From: Raillietiella orientalis
Lineage: Eukaryota
Assembly: GCA_036172245.1 (NCBI GenBank)
Contig: JAYWIR010000016.1
Location: 1,240,001-1,304,000 of the forward strand
Direction: 5' to 3'
DNA length: 64,000 nt
The stretch's first letter is position 1. Every line of letters starts with the position of its first letter. Under the pieces are notes generated by a model. The model had not been told where the DNA came from. It saw nothing but the letters and a program-made list of their open reading frames with translations, and searched no databases. Positions 59,424 to 64,000 of the stretch are shown here, one piece after another. The translations under genes and the position numbers were made by a program.

Positions 59424-62400
59424 TTGTAAGATTTTTCCATTTTTTGCCCTCAAACGCACAATGAGTCAGTGACTGTTGGTGATTTCAGCTCATATTCCAT
59501 TTGGAATTTCATTGCAGTTGCAATGCAGACTGAATGTGTTAGAGCCACGGTTAATGCTGTCTTCCTTGCCCGTGGCACATAACCCTTTGGGGTGCTCACT
59601 TTTATTCAGGGAATAAGTTCGAAGTTTCCACGCGTTCGTAATCAAAGCCGTTTTCGAAACATTGAGCTGAGGAACTGACCACGGCTGCCAAAGTGGAAAG
59701 GTGAGAAACGCGCGTCCACAAATATCATTTTTAGGGATTCCGAGAAAGCACTTGCAGGATTTATTGTAGAGGGTTTCACGTTCTCTTCGTGATTCTTTCG
59801 TATGGGAGCTGCCGATCAGCGATTTCGTAGGTTTCGTTCTTCGCTGGTCGGAAGTCCAATGATCCTTCCTCACTTCGTTTCTGCTCTTACGTCAGCCAAG
59901 GATTTTAAGTGAGCCATGTCATTCAGGGTTTCGAGTGACTTTCTTGGGAATTTCACGAAAGTATTATTCCTTTCTCCAAACTTTGACGAAATTGTGTATC
60001 GAAAAACATTTCCCATCACTGTACCCTGACTTCTTTTCCCAATTGGATCGTTCTTATCTCGTGTCACCAAACGGGGCTGTTACCCCAAAGTTCAAATGGC
60101 AGTTCGGTTGCGCTTGGGAATCATCTGAACAGTCCAAAGAACGTGAATCGAAGGTTTGAATTAGTTCAAAAAATAATTATGCGCAGGAGCTTCCACGGAA
60201 GCAAGAGGCATGCCGAACCTAAGAAGTAGGCGTGAAGACACAGTGGGTCAAAACTCCATAACGTTGTGTCGGGCGTGCATTCGTGTTGAAATTGGGTAAA
60301 GGTTGATTCGTCGCGAACAGTGCACTCGGGAAGGCGCAGTCACTCGAAGATGGCCAAGGAAATGGGGCATGAAATACATGAATCTTAATGACTAAGTCTA
60401 TTGCCAGCGGTATGGTTAACATGCAAAAGTTTTTGAAAATATAGCTCGAAAGGGATTACTGATCATGGTGGGGAGGATTTTTCCTGCCGTTTGATCCCTG
60501 CTCTCGTAGCTCGTTCCCTTCGTGAAATTTAGTGTTTATCACGTTCGTCTTTGTCCACGCACCGGGAACGTAATTTGAAGTGTGAAGTGCATTGATGTGG
60601 TTGCTGCAGAAAGGAAAGAAGGCAGCTGACGCTGACGTTAAATGTTTGATGTCCAGTAAATCGTAAAACGGTGTCGCATCCTCTCCGAAAACCAGTAGCG
60701 TGATGCACCATTAATCCAAAATTGTTACATCGCACGATGGAATCGTAAGATGTTTCCAGGAAACCGTAAAATGGTGTCCCATCTTTACGTATTCGGAGCC
60801 ATGCCTTATATTTACTGAGCTGTGCTACACTGTACTGTACTTCTGTTTCGTCTAAAGCCCCAATCCCTGGAACTGCTGATACTCGGCTGATTTTCCTTTC
60901 CTTTCAGTTTCCTTTTCCTAAGTGCACAACCGAATGTTTTCAACTTTTGTTCGTTTCATCCATTTATTTTTTTTCCTGACCATGTTGTGTATCGAAGAGA
61001 TCATCCTAAAGGGAATGTCAGTGTCGGAGCAAAGAGCAAGTCAGAGATAGGCCATAAAGGAAATACGGAACTACTACTACGAATCGGGTCAAAGAATTGC
61101 AAAGAGCTGGAATTTCCATGGCAGCGGGCATTAAAAGCGACCGTCATATCACGACTTGCAGCACAGTGGACACTGAGCTAGCCATAGCGCAACACTCGAA
61201 CCAGAAACCAAGTAACACAAAAGTGATCTGTGCAGAAAGGTGTAGTAGGCAGCCTCTTTACCTGCACTGCTTTGCGTTGAAATGCCTTGAGAATGGCGTG
61301 GTTGTCTCGATTCCAACATGACAGATGTCCGGAACAAGAAGTGAGACGAGGCATCCATCTTCCTGCAGATGGCTAAGTGGCATCTTGAAAGTCGCTGTAT
61401 TTTGCTTCAGTGATAGGAAACGATGATTTCGAGCAGGATGGATTTTTGTCTTGAAGCTGGAACCCATTCGAGGAATCTCTAATAAAAAACGTTTGAGGGT
61501 CTCTGCAGGTGCTATAGTCATTGCAGACTCCCCGCGATGAGCATAGTGAAGACCAGAAAATGCTAAATATCTCCAGAACTGGAATGTGCAATTTTTGTGC
61601 TGTGTGTTTTGAAGAATGGGCTCTGTGTCTCTTTAAGTTAAAGCATCCATCAAATGGTTCTTCATATCATCATCTTGACGTGATTAGCAAGAAACGAATA
61701 GCAGGGCCGTCCCGGCTCTCTTGCGGGTTGATAATTTGGTTAATAAGTCTCACCTCTTTTGTGAGCACATGGAAAGTGGCTTTAGTATTGAACAGCCCAT
61801 TCAACTGAATTCTGACACTCACTGAATTACCTGCTGTTTCGTTCAGCTCCCGTATCGAGGGGCAACCGAGATCTTATAGCGCAATCACAAGAAAAAGCTG
61901 CAACGAGGCGGATGACACGATACTGATAATGAGGACCTAACCAGACCAAACATCTGGACATCGGGTGTGTACTTTGCAGTCAATGGGCCACTAAGTGTTC
62001 TTTGCGGGGACCTTGGAGAAAACCGTGCACGTGACGCGGTCGCGTACACAGATGACCGACAGGACCATTCATTTTTCAGACAGTAAACTATTATTTGGGA
62101 TTTCAAGAGTTTTTTGTGTAGATCAGCAACTGCATGAAAAGAGAAACGGTTCGGGTTAAGTGGAATTGGGATTGTGATGTCACTGGCAAAGATAAAAAAG
62201 GGCAGATCAAGGAAGATGAAAACGGGGCAGAAGTGACAGCTTCCGATCTACCCCGGGACCTTTTTAATCCTCGGATAGTTTTCGAGTCGCCCTGAGGAAG
62301 CCTGTGGAAAGTCTTCTGCTGAAGAGAATCCGCGCTGCCAGAAGCTGCAGAGAGATGCGAATTCGAAGCAAAAGTTTCGGTAGACCCAACTTTCACAATT

Positions 62401-64000
62401 AGACATTGAGCTCGCCGTGTGCAAAACTGAAATCTTCGGGTCCGAATCTGTCCTTATGAACCAGATTTTGGCGAGTAGTGAACTGCATGTGTAAAAAACC
62501 TTAAGTGAAGGTCGAAACAATCCGGTGAAGATATGTGAAAAAAAAAAAAAAAAAAAGTTTTATCTTTAATCTCTTCGATTTCCTCCAGCTGCTCGTAATG
62601 GACTTGAGGTTAGCTTACGACGTTTCCATTTCGTTTTTGATGGATGGTGCAAGTTGACCGATGGCCAGTAAACGCAGTCGGCCGCGATCAAAGGATTGCG
62701 TCGTGCAGGGTTTCTCTCCTGTCGGAATATTGCACTTAAACTCAACTCTCGTCGACGCAAACAGAACGTCAGTATGAGCGTATGCGGATTTGTTTCGTAC
62801 ACGCTTCCCGATTGCATTAAGGATGCAGTCGAGCGAGATTCGTGTGTCCGATGGCATTCGTGACTTGCCATAAAGTCCGATGGTCGCCTCCGTGCTGTGA
62901 TTGTACGCTGATTTGCTTGCAACGCCCTGGACGTTCGAAAATTTAGAAAATTTGTGGCCAACTGGCGTGATTTTTTTTTTGTTTTGTTTTGTTCGGCGTT
63001 GGTGTATCCCTTTTGTGCTTTCTCTGCATCGTGTGCTGCAGATGCGTTCCGCACATGCCTTCTCCAATCTCGCGGCTCCCATTAGCACTTGCATTTATTC
63101 ACCAGCGTAATATGGCACGCACACCCACCCTTGTTTGGACAGTGGCTGTAAACACACTGGCCACGGGCGAAAAATGGCCTCGATGCTTCTTCGTTCGGAG
63201 CGCTTGTTTACGAGCGGAGCCATGTGCGTATTGATTTCTGGAGACGAAGGATCATCGCGTAGGATGCAAAAGAGCAGCAGAAGTGAGTATTCTCATCCCA
63301 ATTCGTTTTCGCTTGGGTTCGACTCGTTTCGCGAGCGCACGAAACGCGGGGTTTTCCGGGAAGGTCTCCTCCTGTCCTCTGCGTTCCCTCGTCGGCGAAG
63401 AGTCATGTAGTTTGGGGCTTCCGCCGTGGAAAAGAGGGTTTCCGGCGCCAGCCTCTGGCGTCCTTTCCGGGAGCGAAGTTTACCTCGGCCGTGCCTCTGG
63501 AACGAGGCACTCTGATTGCAGTTGCCTTAACCACGTCGTCGCCGTTCTGGTCCGTGATGTTGTTTGTTCTGCGTCCGTTCGCCGTCGATGGTACGAGCAG
63601 CAGAAGCGAGACTCTGCAAGGGCGCTGCAAGGATTCTTCATAACGAGTGTCCCGTCTGTCTGGTCTTGTCACGTTTGATCATTGATCCGCGGCTTGGTTC
63701 GGTCTGGCTTCACTCATGCCCGGTGAGAGTGCAAAAGAAAATTCCTGGATCCGTTTCCCGGAAGCTGCAGTCCCTGTTCCGATTCCGTTTCCCATGATGG
63801 AATGCAGCGGTGCACCCCTGAGCTTCTTCGGTGTTCTCGGTCGCTCGTGCCGATCGCTTGGGACCGCTGGTTCGTGTGCTGGTTTGCAGCCTCTCGTGTT
63901 ATCTCTGCATCTCTCGTGTTCCTTGTGCATTTCTTTTCCTGTTGGCTCTTAGGTTTTCGTGTGTTTGGTCTTTTTCTTTTAATTTCAGCATTTCCGAAAG

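Noticed and set aside
59490..61520. Short ORFs on both strands downstream of ERI3
   Set aside because: No recognisable domain or consistent splice structure.
1..64000. CRISPR array, operons or other prokaryotic systems
   Set aside because: No regularly spaced repeats; spliceosomal introns, LINEs/SINEs and low coding density indicate an animal genome.

Overview
Eukaryotic (invertebrate animal, probably arthropod) genomic DNA. Two host genes can be supported, both on the + strand. The first is an inward-rectifier K+ channel (Kir/Irk family). Its whole core lies in one 1.0-kb exon (39410-40421), which appears to splice to a 170-nt first coding exon 18.8 kb upstream (20398-20567). It has a TIGFG filter and an atypical G-loop. 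The second is an ERI3-type DEDDh 3'-5' exoribonuclease with four recognisable exons (52757-54530); its first and last exons were not found. The first ~19 kb and ~48-51.6 kb are densely filled with decayed L1/Tx1-like non-LTR retrotransposon fragments, five of which share a recognisable 3' end. There are also five copies of a long tRNA-headed SINE-like family and several short palindromes/inverted duplications. Composition switches sharply from GC/CpG-rich (1-44 kb) to AT-rich and CpG-poor over the ERI3 gene (~52-58.7 kb). Most ORFs in the track are chance ORFs in GC-rich non-coding DNA. I found no rRNA, intact tRNA or CRISPR array, and no convincing wholly new multi-gene system. All homology calls are by-eye motif recognition, not database searches, and repeat boundaries are approximate.
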